A stretch of DNA of 32,000 nt from NCBI RefSeq assembly GCF_000175255.2, contig NC_017262.1:1920001-1952000 (forward strand), read 5' to 3'. The translations under genes were made by a program, and so were the position numbers. Numbering within the stretch: position 1 is the stretch's first letter; each line of letters starts with the position of its first letter. A model generated the notes under the pieces. That model was not told the origin of the DNA. It saw nothing but the letters and a program-made list of their open reading frames with translations, and did no database searches. This document shows positions 1 through 9,280 of this stretch, in pieces. The DNA comes from Zymomonas mobilis subsp. mobilis ATCC 10988. GTDB lineage: Bacteria > Pseudomonadota > Alphaproteobacteria > Sphingomonadales > Sphingomonadaceae.

Positions 1-1
1 A

Positions 2-817
2 GATGGCGCGACTGATCTCACTGCCTTAGCTTTGGACAAACATTTCGATCTCAAGCACAGCTATTGGATTTTTACAGGTATCTCCGGCGTAAATCCCAAT
101 CTTGCCTCTGTTGGGAGTGTCGCATGGTCACGATGGGTCGTTGACGGGGACGCACTTCGTGAAATTGATGATCGGGACATCCCAAAAGATTGGCCATATG
201 GATTATATGCTATTGGCGCGGATAGACCTGATAGCCTTCCAGTGGATCCTAATCATTACGGATCGGTCACAGATGTCGCCCAATTAACCAAAGCCTATCC
301 TCTTAACCGAGGATTAGAACAATGGGCTTACACAATCAGCCGAAATGTTCCCTTAAAAGATGATCCCGTGATTGCCCGCCAACGGCAAAAATGGACAGAT
401 TACCCTTATGCTCAAAAAGCGCCGATGATTTTGGAAGGCGAAACACTTGGCGCGCATCGCTATTGGCATGGTGAAAGACGCAATCAATGGGCAGAAAACT
501 GGGTTAAATTATGGACGAAAGGGCAGGGACGTTTCGTCATGACCAATGAAGAAAGCCAGATCAACCAGCGTGAAATGCGCGTTTTAGCCCAATTAGGTTA
601 TATTGATCCCGACCGTATTCTTGTGCTTCGTTCGGGCAGTAATTTCAGTATGCCACCCAAAGGAGTCGCTATTACAGACTCCATGGGTGACGAAGAATCC
701 GGCCAAGTGATCGCCTTTGACAATAACGAAAGAGCCGGAGAACCCGTTGTCAAAGAATTGGTCAAAAATTGGAATAAATATTTCACCCAACTTCCTGATA
801 GTAGATTTCAATTTTAA
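2..817 (+). CDS. Purine nucleoside permease (NUP) family protein, 5' end outside window
   Basis: The frame is open from nt 2 (..DGATDLTALALDKHF..), so the TTG at 32 in the ORF track is not the true start. Motifs TGISGVNPNLASVGSVAWSRWVVDGD, IPKDWPYG and GETLGAHRYWHG match my memory of NUP-family permeases. Stop TAA at 815-817. Confidence 0.65.
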   Translation, partial: DGATDLTALALDKHFDLKHSYWIFTGISGVNPNLASVGSVAWSRWVVDGDALREIDDRDIPKDWPYGLYAIGADRPDSLPVDPNHYGSVTDVAQLTKAYPLNRGLEQWAYTISRNVPLKDDPVIARQRQKWTDYPYAQKAPMILEGETLGAHRYWHGERRNQWAENWVKLWTKGQGRFVMTNEESQINQREMRVLAQLGYIDPDRILVLRSGSNFSMPPKGVAITDSMGDEESGQVIAFDNNERAGEPVVKELVKNWNKYFTQLPDSRFQF

Positions 818-830
818 AATAATAATTGTT

Positions 831-1652
831 CTAGTTAATGGAAATGTGTTTTCGAACAATCCTTAAAGATAAAAGTCCAATCAAAGTTAGCACACTACAG
901 GATAGAGAAAGATACCCGAAGTGAAAATAATGACCGCTTGCTGACTCAAATTGACCATATCTAACCATCTCTGTGCATTCAGCTAGCGGAACCCATTCTA
1001 GCCATGTACGATAAGGATTGGGTATCCATTCAAGCATAAAAAAAATGGCAGATATAGGTAAACAAAAATATGTCATGGGATGAATTAAACGTTCAACAGT
1101 TGCATTTTCATAGGTAATTGCACATACTATAATAGAGGTAGCTAGGGATAGCCAAGTCATATAAACTTGACCAAGCAAGAGATAAATAGGTCTTACTGGG
1201 AGAGTCCCTAATCCGATGCAATAAGACAAAAATAGCAGAATAATAACGCTGCACATAATACCGGCAGCCTCTAAGATAACACGAGCAAATAACATATCAA
1301 ATAAACTAACCATTCTATGGTAAAGTAAGGGTGCATTCGCTTCAACTGTACCCGCTGATCTATTTACAATGTTTCTAAAGATAATAAATGTACCGTATCC
1401 AACAATTGCAAAAGGAATAGGCCTAATATCTGTCATTGAAAATGCGGTTTCTTTCGAACCAGCATGGAGTATACCAATTCCTGTTGCAAACAGCATTGGC
1501 TCAAGAATTATCCAGAGATAACCAATATTTTCCCGACCATAGCGAGTATGTAATTCCCTTAAGATAAGAGCGCCTATAACCCGGAATTGAACTTTTAAAC
1601 CGCAGAAGAAATGTGTAATTTTATTACCATCAAATTCCATGTTTTTTTCCAA
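831..1652 (-). CDS. kpsM: ABC-2 type polysaccharide/capsule export permease (KpsM/Wzm-like)
   Basis: Polytopic membrane ORF. ILRELHTRYGRENIGYLWIILEP and GTVEANAPLLYHRMVSLFDMLFARVILE parallel E. coli KpsM (LREIRTRFGK..LGYLWAILEP; IEANQGLFNYRPV..ARALLE). ATG at 1640 is an alternative to the TTG at 1652. It lies 19 bp downstream of rfbD on the same strand. Confidence 0.8.
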   Translation of the reverse strand: MEKNMEFDGNKITHFFCGLKVQFRVIGALILRELHTRYGRENIGYLWIILEPMLFATGIGILHAGSKETAFSMTDIRPIPFAIVGYGTFIIFRNIVNRSAGTVEANAPLLYHRMVSLFDMLFARVILEAAGIMCSVIILLFLSYCIGLGTLPVRPIYLLLGQVYMTWLSLATSIIVCAITYENATVERLIHPMTYFCLPISAIFFMLEWIPNPYRTWLEWVPLAECTEMVRYGQFESASGHYFHFGYLSLSCSVLTLIGLLSLRIVRKHISIN

Positions 1653-1671
1653 AAAATGAATATATTAGTGG

Positions 1672-2565
1672 CTAATTTTTATTAAAAATCTCTGAAATAG
1701 TTTTTTTAATACTGCTTCTCCAATAAGGTAATCTTATTCCAAATATATCTTTAAATTTTTTACAATCGAGACAAGAGTTTTTGGGGCGCTTAGCTAATGT
1801 AGGCCAATCTGAAGTAAAAATAGGTGTTAATTTTGGTAATAATAATCCATAATTTTTAGACTCTTCTAATATAATTTTAGCAAATTCATACCATGAAGCA
1901 GATCCTGTGCCACTAACATTATAGATTCCCTGACATTTCTTCGGGCTTTTATAAAAAATTTGAGGGATGATGTGAATAATAGCATTTGCCAAGTCGTCAG
2001 AATTGGTTGGATTACCATATTGATCAGCTACAACTTTTAGAGAAGATTGTTTTTTTGAAGCATTAATAATTTTACAAACAAAATTTTCTCCACAGGATGA
2101 GTAAACCCAAGAAGTTCGAAGAATGATACTGTTAGGATTTTCAGATAGAACAGCCAATTCACCTGCTGCCTTACTCCGTCCATAGACTGTTTGCGGTTTA
2201 ATTGGATCTGTCTCGATGTAAGGGCTGCCTTTTTTACCGTCATAGACGTAATCTGTTGAAATATGGATTAGAGGAATCTGTATGTTATTACATACGTGAG
2301 CTAGCTCTTTGGCTCCTAAGTAGTTGATTTGCATTGCTGCTTTTTTTTGTTTTTCCGCAAGATCTACTGCAGTCCATGCTGCTGTATTTATAATTATACG
2401 CGGTTTATGTCTTTTTATAATTTCCAAGATAGAATCTAAATAATTAAAGTCTAAAATAGGTCGACCTATACAAGTAATACTTTCTTTACCTAATTTAGAT
2501 AAAGAAGTAGCCAGCTGACCATTCCTACCAATTACAAGGATACTATTTTCAAAATTACTGATCAT
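1672..2565 (-). CDS. rfbD: dTDP-4-dehydrorhamnose reductase
   Basis: SDR fold with ILVIGRNGQLA, STDYVYDG and YGRSKAAGE (Y-x3-K). I place the start at ATG 2565 (MISNFENS..), 4 nt after the rfbC stop. The ORF-track extension to 2640 overlaps rfbC. Confidence 0.9.
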   Translation of the reverse strand: MISNFENSILVIGRNGQLATSLSKLGKESITCIGRPILDFNYLDSILEIIKRHKPRIIINTAAWTAVDLAEKQKKAAMQINYLGAKELAHVCNNIQIPLIHISTDYVYDGKKGSPYIETDPIKPQTVYGRSKAAGELAVLSENPNSIILRTSWVYSSCGENFVCKIINASKKQSSLKVVADQYGNPTNSDDLANAIIHIIPQIFYKSPKKCQGIYNVSGTGSASWYEFAKIILEESKNYGLLLPKLTPIFTSDWPTLAKRPKNSCLDCKKFKDIFGIRLPYWRSSIKKTISEIFNKN

Positions 2566-2569
2566 TATG

Positions 2570-3121
2570 TCAAAACCACTTTTTAGTTTCGTCAAATGAC
2601 GGAGCGGTTTTATCTTTCTCTGATAATAGGATCTCAGCATGATTAATTGGCCAAGGTATATTTAATCGATGACAATTCCAAATTACAGCTCGCTCTGAAG
2701 CTTTATTATAAAAGCTAGTACATTTATATTGCACTTCTGTATTTTCAGTAAGTGTTACAAAGCCATGAAGAAAACCAGGTGGAATCCAAATCTGAGACCA
2801 ATTCTCTTCAGAAATTTCAGCAGCGACCCACTTCCCATAAGTTGGTGATCCAAAACGCGCATCAACTGCAACATCCCAGATCGCGCCTTTGGGACAACGG
2901 ACTAATTTACCTTGTATATAGGGAGATATCTGACAGTGAAGACCTCTAACTACGCCCTTATTTCGTGATAAGCTTTGATTATCTTGAACAAAAGGGGTAT
3001 CAATTCCCATTTTCTTCATAGAATTTTCATTATATGTCTCTGAAAAAAAACCTCTACTATCAATATATTTAGGAGGTGCTATCACAATAACTTCAGGAAT
3101 AGATAATCTTTTAAATTGCAT
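2570..3121 (-). CDS. rfbC: dTDP-4-dehydrorhamnose 3,5-epimerase
   Basis: 183-aa cupin with DSRGFFSETY, VRGLHCQ and QGKLVRCPKGAIWDVAVDARFGSPTYGKW, typical RmlC motifs. Confidence 0.93.
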   Translation of the reverse strand: MQFKRLSIPEVIVIAPPKYIDSRGFFSETYNENSMKKMGIDTPFVQDNQSLSRNKGVVRGLHCQISPYIQGKLVRCPKGAIWDVAVDARFGSPTYGKWVAAEISEENWSQIWIPPGFLHGFVTLTENTEVQYKCTSFYNKASERAVIWNCHRLNIPWPINHAEILLSEKDKTAPSFDETKKWF

Positions 3122-3135
3122 TTAATTTACCTTTT

Positions 3136-4026
3136 TTAATTTTTCTTAGTCAAATCGAATAACATTCTACTTAGATTGGTTTTTTTCATTTGATCTATAA
3201 GTTTTAGAAGCTCGTCTGTGTCAATATATCCCATATGGAATGCTACTTCTTCTGGGGATCCTACTAACATACCTTGCCGAGATTGAATGGTTTGAACAAA
3301 ATTACTTGCCTGCATCAAGCTGTCAGGTGTGCCAGCATCAAGCCATGCGCATCCTTTTCCTAGTTGATCTACCTGCAGCATACCTTCTTCAAGGTATATC
3401 TTGTTAAGATCTGTAATCTCTAACTCACCTCGATCACTTGGTCTTACTTTTTTTGCAAATTCGACGACATTGTTATCATAAAAATATAACCCAGTAACGG
3501 CCCAATTTGATTGAGGATACTCAGGTTTCTCTACTAGATCTATCGCTTTCCCTTTATTATCAAAGGAAATGACGCCATAACGCTCAGGGTCACGGACTTG
3601 GTATGCAAAAATGGTTGCGCCATGCTGCCGTTTCGCTGCTTTTTGTAATAAATCACCTATGTGATCTGTAAAAATAAGATTATCTCCAAGTGCTAAAGCA
3701 CAAGGTGCTCCATTTAGCCAATCTTCTCCGATAATAAAGGCTTGAGCCAGTCCATCAGGAGATGGTTGTGCTCGATATTCGAAATGAACACCAAATTGGG
3801 AACCATCACCTAATAAACGCTGGAATTGATCCATATCGTGCGGTGTCGTGATAATCATAATATCACGGATTCCCGCTAACATTAACGTCGAAAGAGGATA
3901 ATATATCATCGGTTTGTCGTAGACTGGCAGTAGCTGTTTACAAGTCGCAAATGTGATAGGATGTAGACGTGATCCCGTTCCTCCAGCTAGAATAATACCC
4001 TTCATTGGGTTTTTATTATCGGACAT
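3136..4026 (-). CDS. rfbA: Glucose-1-phosphate thymidylyltransferase
   Basis: [18 protein letters not shown] (G-G-x-G-T-R-L), GLAQAF and LGDNLIF motifs. The start ATG at 4026 overlaps the rfbB stop as TAATG. The ORF-track start at 4086 lies inside rfbB. Confidence 0.93.
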   Translation of the reverse strand: MSDNKNPMKGIILAGGTGSRLHPITFATCKQLLPVYDKPMIYYPLSTLMLAGIRDIMIITTPHDMDQFQRLLGDGSQFGVHFEYRAQPSPDGLAQAFIIGEDWLNGAPCALALGDNLIFTDHIGDLLQKAAKRQHGATIFAYQVRDPERYGVISFDNKGKAIDLVEKPEYPQSNWAVTGLYFYDNNVVEFAKKVRPSDRGELEITDLNKIYLEEGMLQVDQLGKGCAWLDAGTPDSLMQASNFVQTIQSRQGMLVGSPEEVAFHMGYIDTDELLKLIDQMKKTNLSRMLFDLTKKN

Positions 4027-5078
4027 TAATTTGTTTCTCCTAAGCGTTGATCTGCGCATCTCTGATCTAGAATCTTCTGCCACCACATTCGGTTATCTAA
4101 ATACCATTGAATTGTTTTCCTGATGCCTGCTTCAAAATTATGTTTAGCCTTCCAACCTAATTTTTGTTCTGCATAGGTAGGATCAATTTCATAACGAAAG
4201 TCATGACCAGGTCTATCTGCAACATAACGGATTAGTTGTCTTCGTGCCCCTTCAGGGGTAGGCTGTATTTCATCTAATATATCGCAAATAGCTTCTACGA
4301 CTTGGAGGTTCGTTCGTGGTTGACGTGCGCCAATTGTATAAGTATCACCGGGCTCACCATATTCTATGGCTTTTACTAACGCCTCTGCATGATCTTCTAC
4401 AAATAGCCAATCTCTAATATTTGTCCCGTCACCATAAACCGGAAGCTCTTTCCCATGGATCGCATTAAGCGTTATAAGTGGAATTAATTTTTCTGGAAAA
4501 TGCCATGGACCATAGTTATTAGCTGTATTTGTAATAAACGTGGGTAACCCATAAGTATCCCGCCACGCGCGGACTAGATGATCTGACGATGCTTTTGACG
4601 CAGAATAGGGGCTGCGAGGATTATAAGGGCTTTGTCTCGTGAATGGTTTGTCATTTATGTCTAGATGACCAAAAACTTCATCCGTTGAAATATGATGAAA
4701 TTTAAATATTTTTTTTGATTTATTTAATTTTTCCCAATATTTTCGAGAACACTCTAATAAGTTATATGTTCCCAAGATATTGGTTTCTATGAATTTTTCT
4801 GGTTTTTCTATCGATCTATCAACATGACTTTCCGCAGCTAAATGCATTACTGCATCGGGATGATATTTTTCAAAAATTTTATCTAATTCTAATGTATTAT
4901 TAATATTAATATTTTCATGTCGATAGCGATCACATGTAGATACCTGAGTTACAGCCTCTTTTGATGCTGCATATGTCATACAATCTACGTTAATAACGCT
5001 ATGTTCAGTGTATTTAATTAAATATCTAATAACGGCTGATCCAATAAAACCACACCCGCCTGTTAACAAAATAACCAT
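4026..5078 (-). CDS. rfbB: dTDP-glucose 4,6-dehydratase
   Basis: [12 protein letters not shown] Rossmann motif, [11 protein letters not shown] and [11 protein letters not shown] (Y-x3-K). 350 aa, colinear with RmlB. Confidence 0.95.
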   Translation of the reverse strand: MVILLTGGCGFIGSAVIRYLIKYTEHSVINVDCMTYAASKEAVTQVSTCDRYRHENININNTLELDKIFEKYHPDAVMHLAAESHVDRSIEKPEKFIETNILGTYNLLECSRKYWEKLNKSKKIFKFHHISTDEVFGHLDINDKPFTRQSPYNPRSPYSASKASSDHLVRAWRDTYGLPTFITNTANNYGPWHFPEKLIPLITLNAIHGKELPVYGDGTNIRDWLFVEDHAEALVKAIEYGEPGDTYTIGARQPRTNLQVVEAICDILDEIQPTPEGARRQLIRYVADRPGHDFRYEIDPTYAEQKLGWKAKHNFEAGIRKTIQWYLDNRMWWQKILDQRCADQRLGETN

Positions 5079-5115
5079 GTTTTATTGCCTTTTTTGAATT
5101 TTTTTATAAATAAAA

Positions 5116-6519
5116 TTAATGCGTTTCTTTCCATGCTCTCAAGGCTCTATCCCGACCTTCTTCATGGGCAATAATCGGCAGTGGATAATTGGCAGGCTGT
5201 TTATCTGCTTTCCATGGCGTATGGATAAAAGCAGTTGATACATCCGCTAATTCCTTGACCCATTCACGAATATATTGCCCATCAGGATCAAATTTTTGTG
5301 ATTGTAAGATAGGATTCATTATCCTGAAATAAGGCGCAGATTCAATGCCGCTTCCTGCAACCCATTGCCAGTTTGTCGCATTACAGGCCGGATCATAATC
5401 AACCAAGGTTTGGGCGAACCATTTTTCACCCTCGCGCCAATCAATCAACAAATGTTTAACGAGGAAGGAAGCTGTCACCATTCGCAGCCGATTGGGCATG
5501 AAGCCCGTTTGCCATAACGCTCGCATACCCGCATCAATGAAAGGATATCCTGTCTGTCCTTCTTTCCAACGTTGCAAATTGTCGGAAGCCTTTTTCCAGG
5601 GCATTTTATCAAATTCAGGGCGCAAATTATGCTGATTTAAATCGGGATGCTCCCATAAAACCGACCACGCAAATTCTCTCCAGCCTAATTCTGCCAGAAA
5701 TTTGCTCGTCCCTTCACCAGAACCGTTTTTTGTGACTTCATGCCATATCTGTTTTGAGGATATTTGTCCGCTTCTTAAAAAAGCTGATAGTAAAGATGTC
5801 CCATCTTTGGCAGGGAAATCCCTCTCTTTGGCATAATGCGCGAGATCATTTTCAATAAATGATTTTAACTGCTTATGAGCTTCATTTTCTCCAAAGCGAT
5901 GGCTCTGCTTTAACTTGATCTTCCATGAAGAATCCTGCGTTTCCTTAGCTAAGATCGCTATATCTTTATAGCCCAAGCAATGCCGAATTTCCCTAGTGGA
6001 AAAGACCCAATTTTCAGGACAAGGCAAAACTGCCTGAATATTCATATAGCGCTGTACTGCTCGCCAATAGGCAGAAAATATTCGGAAGGGCTGCCCCTTA
6101 TCGTTTTTTACAGTCCATGGCTCATTTAAAAGATTATTGGGAAAGCTTTGAACCTCAAGCCCCATAGCTCTAATTGATTTCTTTAAAATCTGGTCAGTCT
6201 CTTTCCCCTTGAAATCATATCGCCTATTCCAAAACAGCTTACAGGCATGAGATTGCTGCACAATTTCGGGGATTATTTTTTCAGCATCGCCCTCAAAAAG
6301 ATGAAGTTGCCCTCCTTTTTCCTTTAATTGTCGATTCAAGGCTAAAAGGCTTTCGGCTACCCACCAATCTGCTGCGCTTTCCGTTTTTGCGTCAGCGCTT
6401 TCCTGTATGTAAAAACAGATAACAGGATTCCGACTTTGAATTGCCGCAGTGACCGCTGCATTATCACGCAGACGAAAATCATGACGAAACCATATCAAAA
6501 TAGGGCGGGTATCACTCAT
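5116..6519 (-). CDS. phrB: Deoxyribodipyrimidine photo-lyase (class I CPD photolyase)
   Basis: N-terminal ILIWFRHDFRLRDN. C-terminal FAD-binding block TGYPFIDAGMRALWQTGFMPNRLRMVTASFLVKHLLIDWREGEKWF..DYDPACNATNWQWVAGSG. ATG at 6519 is preferred over the TTG at 6552. Confidence 0.9.
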   Translation of the reverse strand: MSDTRPILIWFRHDFRLRDNAAVTAAIQSRNPVICFYIQESADAKTESAADWWVAESLLALNRQLKEKGGQLHLFEGDAEKIIPEIVQQSHACKLFWNRRYDFKGKETDQILKKSIRAMGLEVQSFPNNLLNEPWTVKNDKGQPFRIFSAYWRAVQRYMNIQAVLPCPENWVFSTREIRHCLGYKDIAILAKETQDSSWKIKLKQSHRFGENEAHKQLKSFIENDLAHYAKERDFPAKDGTSLLSAFLRSGQISSKQIWHEVTKNGSGEGTSKFLAELGWREFAWSVLWEHPDLNQHNLRPEFDKMPWKKASDNLQRWKEGQTGYPFIDAGMRALWQTGFMPNRLRMVTASFLVKHLLIDWREGEKWFAQTLVDYDPACNATNWQWVAGSGIESAPYFRIMNPILQSQKFDPDGQYIREWVKELADVSTAFIHTPWKADKQPANYPLPIIAHEEGRDRALRAWKETH

Positions 6520-6614
6520 AAATAGCGTGCTTCCATTTTTTGCGAAAAACAATCATCGATGTTTGGGGATATCTCTTAACAGCTTTTTTAAGATAACATG
6601 TCTTTCTTGCTGAA

Positions 6615-6835
6615 ACAAAAATAGAATACCCTAAAAATAATTTATAATTTAATAAAAACACAAATATATATTAAAAATATTTACTAAATATTATTTAATA
6701 TATAGAAAATAAAATTTCTAGGTTAATTATGTTTTTATTTAAAAAACTTAATTTTATAATTATGAGTTATATAATAAAATCCCAAGAGGCACTTCTGGAT
6801 TTTTAAGATAATTTATATTATATAAATCTCATTCT
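6615..6835. other. Extreme AT-rich intergenic tract (phr / mannitol-DH divergent spacer)
   Basis: Hand count gives 4 G+C in the 60 nt at 6661-6720. No ORF of 60 aa or more. Confidence 0.9.
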
Positions 6836-6937
6836 ATTCCTTGCCGGAACAATCTTTCCGGCCAAAGCTTCCTCTTCTTAAGAGAAGGATAAATCACACG
6901 CGCGTTTTGCGCCTATTACATTTCAAGGAGACAGATT

Positions 6938-8449
6938 ATGACAGCAACCGCTGAATCAAAAACAGCTATCAAGCTTAATGAAAAAGCACTGGCAAATCTT
7001 GATCCTAAACGGGTAAAAATTTTCAAATATGACCGTTCCAAGGTGACGGCAGGTATCGCTCATATCGGGGTCGGGAATTTTCATCGCGCGCATCAGGCAC
7101 GGTATATTGATGACTGCTTGGCTATTCCGGGCAATGAAAGCTGGGGGATCGTTGGCATTAGCCTCGGAGACCGCCCTTCTTCGAAAGCCAAAGCCAAAGC
7201 GATGAAAGATCAGGACTGTCTCTACACGCTGACCGAATATGATGCGAAGGGTAAGCCTTCAACCCGTATTATTGGTTCTATTATCCAATATCTCCATGCC
7301 CCTGAAGATCCTGAAACGACGATGACGATGCTGGTTGATCCGGCGATCCGTATCGTTTCAATGACCATCACAGAAGGGGGCTATCATCTGGATAGTGAAG
7401 GTAATTTCCAATCCGATGCCGAAGCCGTTCAAGCTGATTTAAAAGACCCAGAACATCCCAAGGATACCTTTGGCTATATTGTTGAAGCCTTGGCACGCCG
7501 CCGGAAAGCGGGCACGGAACCCTTCACTGTATTTTCTTGCGATAACCAACGCGGCAATGGTGATGTCGCCAAACAAGCGGTTCTGAGCTTTGCTCGATTG
7601 CGCGATCCCGAATTGGCAGAATGGATCGAAAAAAATGTCAGCTTTCCCAATAGCATGGTTGACCGGATTGCGCCGACAGTCACAGAAGAAGAAGCTGAAG
7701 CCGTCAGAAAACTTACTGGTATCGACGACCAATCGCCTGTTATTGCCGAAAATTTCTCACAATGGGTTATAAAAGACGAATTTTGTAATGGTCGTCCGCC
7801 TTTTGAAAAGGTCGGTGCCGAATTTACTCAAAATGTTGCCCCTTACGAGCATATGAAAGGGCGGATGCTTAACGCATCCCACACGGCGATTGCTCTTCCG
7901 GGGGTAGTTGCTGGCTATGAATATGTTCATGAAGCCTTGGGCGATCCTGAAATTCATCGGCTGGTTTACGACTTCATGACCAAAGATGTTATTCCGGTTA
8001 CGAAAGGGCCTGATGGCATTTCTCTGACGGATTACCGTGATATGGTTTTAAGTCGTTTCAGCAATCCAGCCTTAAAAGATCAACTGGTTCGTATCGCGGG
8101 TGATAGTGCGAATAAATTGCCAACTTTCTTACTGCCTACCATTAACGAACATACCGAAGACGAAGATACCAGCAGTCGCGATTTACGTCGTATGGCCTTT
8201 ATTCTGGCCTGTTTCCGTCGTTATCTTCGCGGTATTGACGATAAAGGCCATAAATTCACACCTATAGAGCCTCATATTTCCAAGGAAGAACGCGCCGAAT
8301 GGGGCAGTGAAAACACCGAAGGCTTTTTGAATTGTCGTATTCTGGAATCTCTGGGGTTGGCTGATAATGAAGCCTTTGTGAAAGCCTTTAATCACGCCGT
8401 TTCCTTACTTAAACCGCAAGGGGTTTTGGGTGCGCTAAGACATCTTTAG
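6938..8449 (+). CDS. mtlK: Mannitol 2-dehydrogenase (long-chain mannitol dehydrogenase family)
   Basis: GIAHIGVGNFHRAHQARY, ITEGGY and FPNSMVDRIAP. The protein is colinear over its whole length with Pseudomonas fluorescens MtlK as I remember it. AAGGAG lies 7 nt upstream of the ATG. Confidence 0.87.
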   Translation: MTATAESKTAIKLNEKALANLDPKRVKIFKYDRSKVTAGIAHIGVGNFHRAHQARYIDDCLAIPGNESWGIVGISLGDRPSSKAKAKAMKDQDCLYTLTEYDAKGKPSTRIIGSIIQYLHAPEDPETTMTMLVDPAIRIVSMTITEGGYHLDSEGNFQSDAEAVQADLKDPEHPKDTFGYIVEALARRRKAGTEPFTVFSCDNQRGNGDVAKQAVLSFARLRDPELAEWIEKNVSFPNSMVDRIAPTVTEEEAEAVRKLTGIDDQSPVIAENFSQWVIKDEFCNGRPPFEKVGAEFTQNVAPYEHMKGRMLNASHTAIALPGVVAGYEYVHEALGDPEIHRLVYDFMTKDVIPVTKGPDGISLTDYRDMVLSRFSNPALKDQLVRIAGDSANKLPTFLLPTINEHTEDEDTSSRDLRRMAFILACFRRYLRGIDDKGHKFTPIEPHISKEERAEWGSENTEGFLNCRILESLGLADNEAFVKAFNHAVSLLKPQGVLGALRHL

Positions 8450-8473
8450 GTCAGGCAAAAACTAGATAATCTA

Positions 8474-8505
8474 AAAAGGGTGTCTGTTTCGACACCCTTT
8501 TCTTT
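8474..8505 (+). terminator. Rho-independent terminator of mannitol dehydrogenase gene
   Basis: Stem GGGTGTC (8478-8484) pairs with GACACCC (8491-8497), with a 6-nt loop, followed by TTTTCTTT. Confidence 0.75.
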
Positions 8506-8683
8506 ATTAAAATATCGACCAGTCAAAACCGCGATATTCTGGGGTAGATAAATATAAAATTAATCCAAAAGCGTTATATAAAGACCAACTGCTTTAGGAT
8601 ATTGGCCTAAGATCAATATTATAATAGCAAAAATTGGTGTTATTGCCTCCCTTGGTTATTGTGCCATAACAGGAATAGAAGCT

Positions 8684-9076
8684 GTGTCGGTGACTGATAA
8701 GAATGACTTGAATATCGGAACAAGCCTTCAACAGATGCAGTATATTGCTGATTTTCTTCAGAAATGGTGCGCAGAAAAACAGGCAAGACAAGCACTCGAC
8801 ATGCCAAACGGGCAACAATATGAGCCTTATGAAACGGAAATCTTTTCTAACGATCAGGTGAAAGAACTCAATCAAGCCTATCAAAAAGCTTCGGATCTAT
8901 TGGCTTACCAACTCAAAATATTGCTAGATGAATGCCTTAATATGGCACAAGCGGGGATAGAGGTGCTTATAAAAGCCCGCCAAGCTGGTGCGTCTCCGGC
9001 TTTAGCTGCCGGAAGTTTGGCTTCTGCCATAGAAAGAGACCTGAAAAGAATGCAGTCTTTGCTGCTTTCTAAATAA
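8684..9076 (+). CDS. Hypothetical protein, predicted all-helical, no family recognised
   Basis: 130-codon ORF with a GTG start (first in-frame ATG at 8735). No signal peptide or TM segment. Uses rare-looking codons (ATA, AGA, CTA). Coding status is unproven. Confidence 0.45.
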   Translation: MSVTDKNDLNIGTSLQQMQYIADFLQKWCAEKQARQALDMPNGQQYEPYETEIFSNDQVKELNQAYQKASDLLAYQLKILLDECLNMAQAGIEVLIKARQAGASPALAAGSLASAIERDLKRMQSLLLSK

Positions 9077-9130
9077 TATTATGCTTTTGTGATTGACTAT
9101 CATCAAAAATTCATTAAGGAAGACAGCGAT

Positions 9131-9209
<79 letters not shown>

Positions 9210-9225
9210 CCTTTCTATTAAAATC

Positions 9226-9262
9226 TTTTTTCAGATCAGTATCTGATCGCTTCAGAAAAAAA
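9226..9262. terminator. Imperfect bidirectional terminator-like hairpin between tRNA-Pro and the TraB/GumN gene
   Basis: T6 (9226-9231), GATCAG/CTGATC stem with TAT loop, then A7 (9256-9262). The outer T/A runs can pair around a bulge. Confidence 0.45.
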
Positions 9263-9280
9263 CGGCTTTTCCTTTAAAAT

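Noticed and set aside
1038-1045. A8/T8 homopolymers inside kpsM-like (1038-1045), rfbD (2341-2348) and rfbC (3043-3050), considered as possible frameshift or pseudogene sites.
   Set aside because: All three reading frames are intact through the runs (IFFM, EKQKKAA, GFFSE) and full-length relative to family expectations. The runs are expected in roughly 30% GC genes.
4027-4086. N-terminal extensions in the ORF track: rfbA to 4086, rfbD to 2640, phr to 6552, glyQ from 10652, FAD oxidoreductase to 17539, leuS from 21834 and the NUP gene 'start' at 32.
   Set aside because: The extensions overlap upstream genes or begin at TTG without an SD. Internal ATGs coincide with conserved family N-termini and with coupling signals (TAATG, GGAG). 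The NUP frame is simply open to the window edge.
6729-6806. A 25-codon ORF (MFLFKKLNFIIMSYIIKSQEALLDF) inside the extreme-AT phr/mtlK spacer.
   Set aside because: It has no SD, and its composition-driven Phe/Ile/Lys/Asn content is what AT-rich DNA produces by chance. An open run of this length is not improbable given the many possible starts.
6846-6870. GGAAC-N16-GCTT upstream of mtlK, resembling the alphaproteobacterial general-stress (EcfG-type) promoter GGAAC-N16/17-CGTT.
   Set aside because: The -10 element does not match (GCTT/CTTC instead of CGTT), and the GGAAC is part of the GCCGGAA/TTCCGGC inverted repeat. It is too weak to call.
8594-8884. 96-aa minus-strand ORF overlapping the start of the 130-aa hypothetical gene.
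   Set aside because: The translation is Cys/Phe/Ile-rich and looks like nonsense, there is no SD, and it runs antisense to a more plausible frame.
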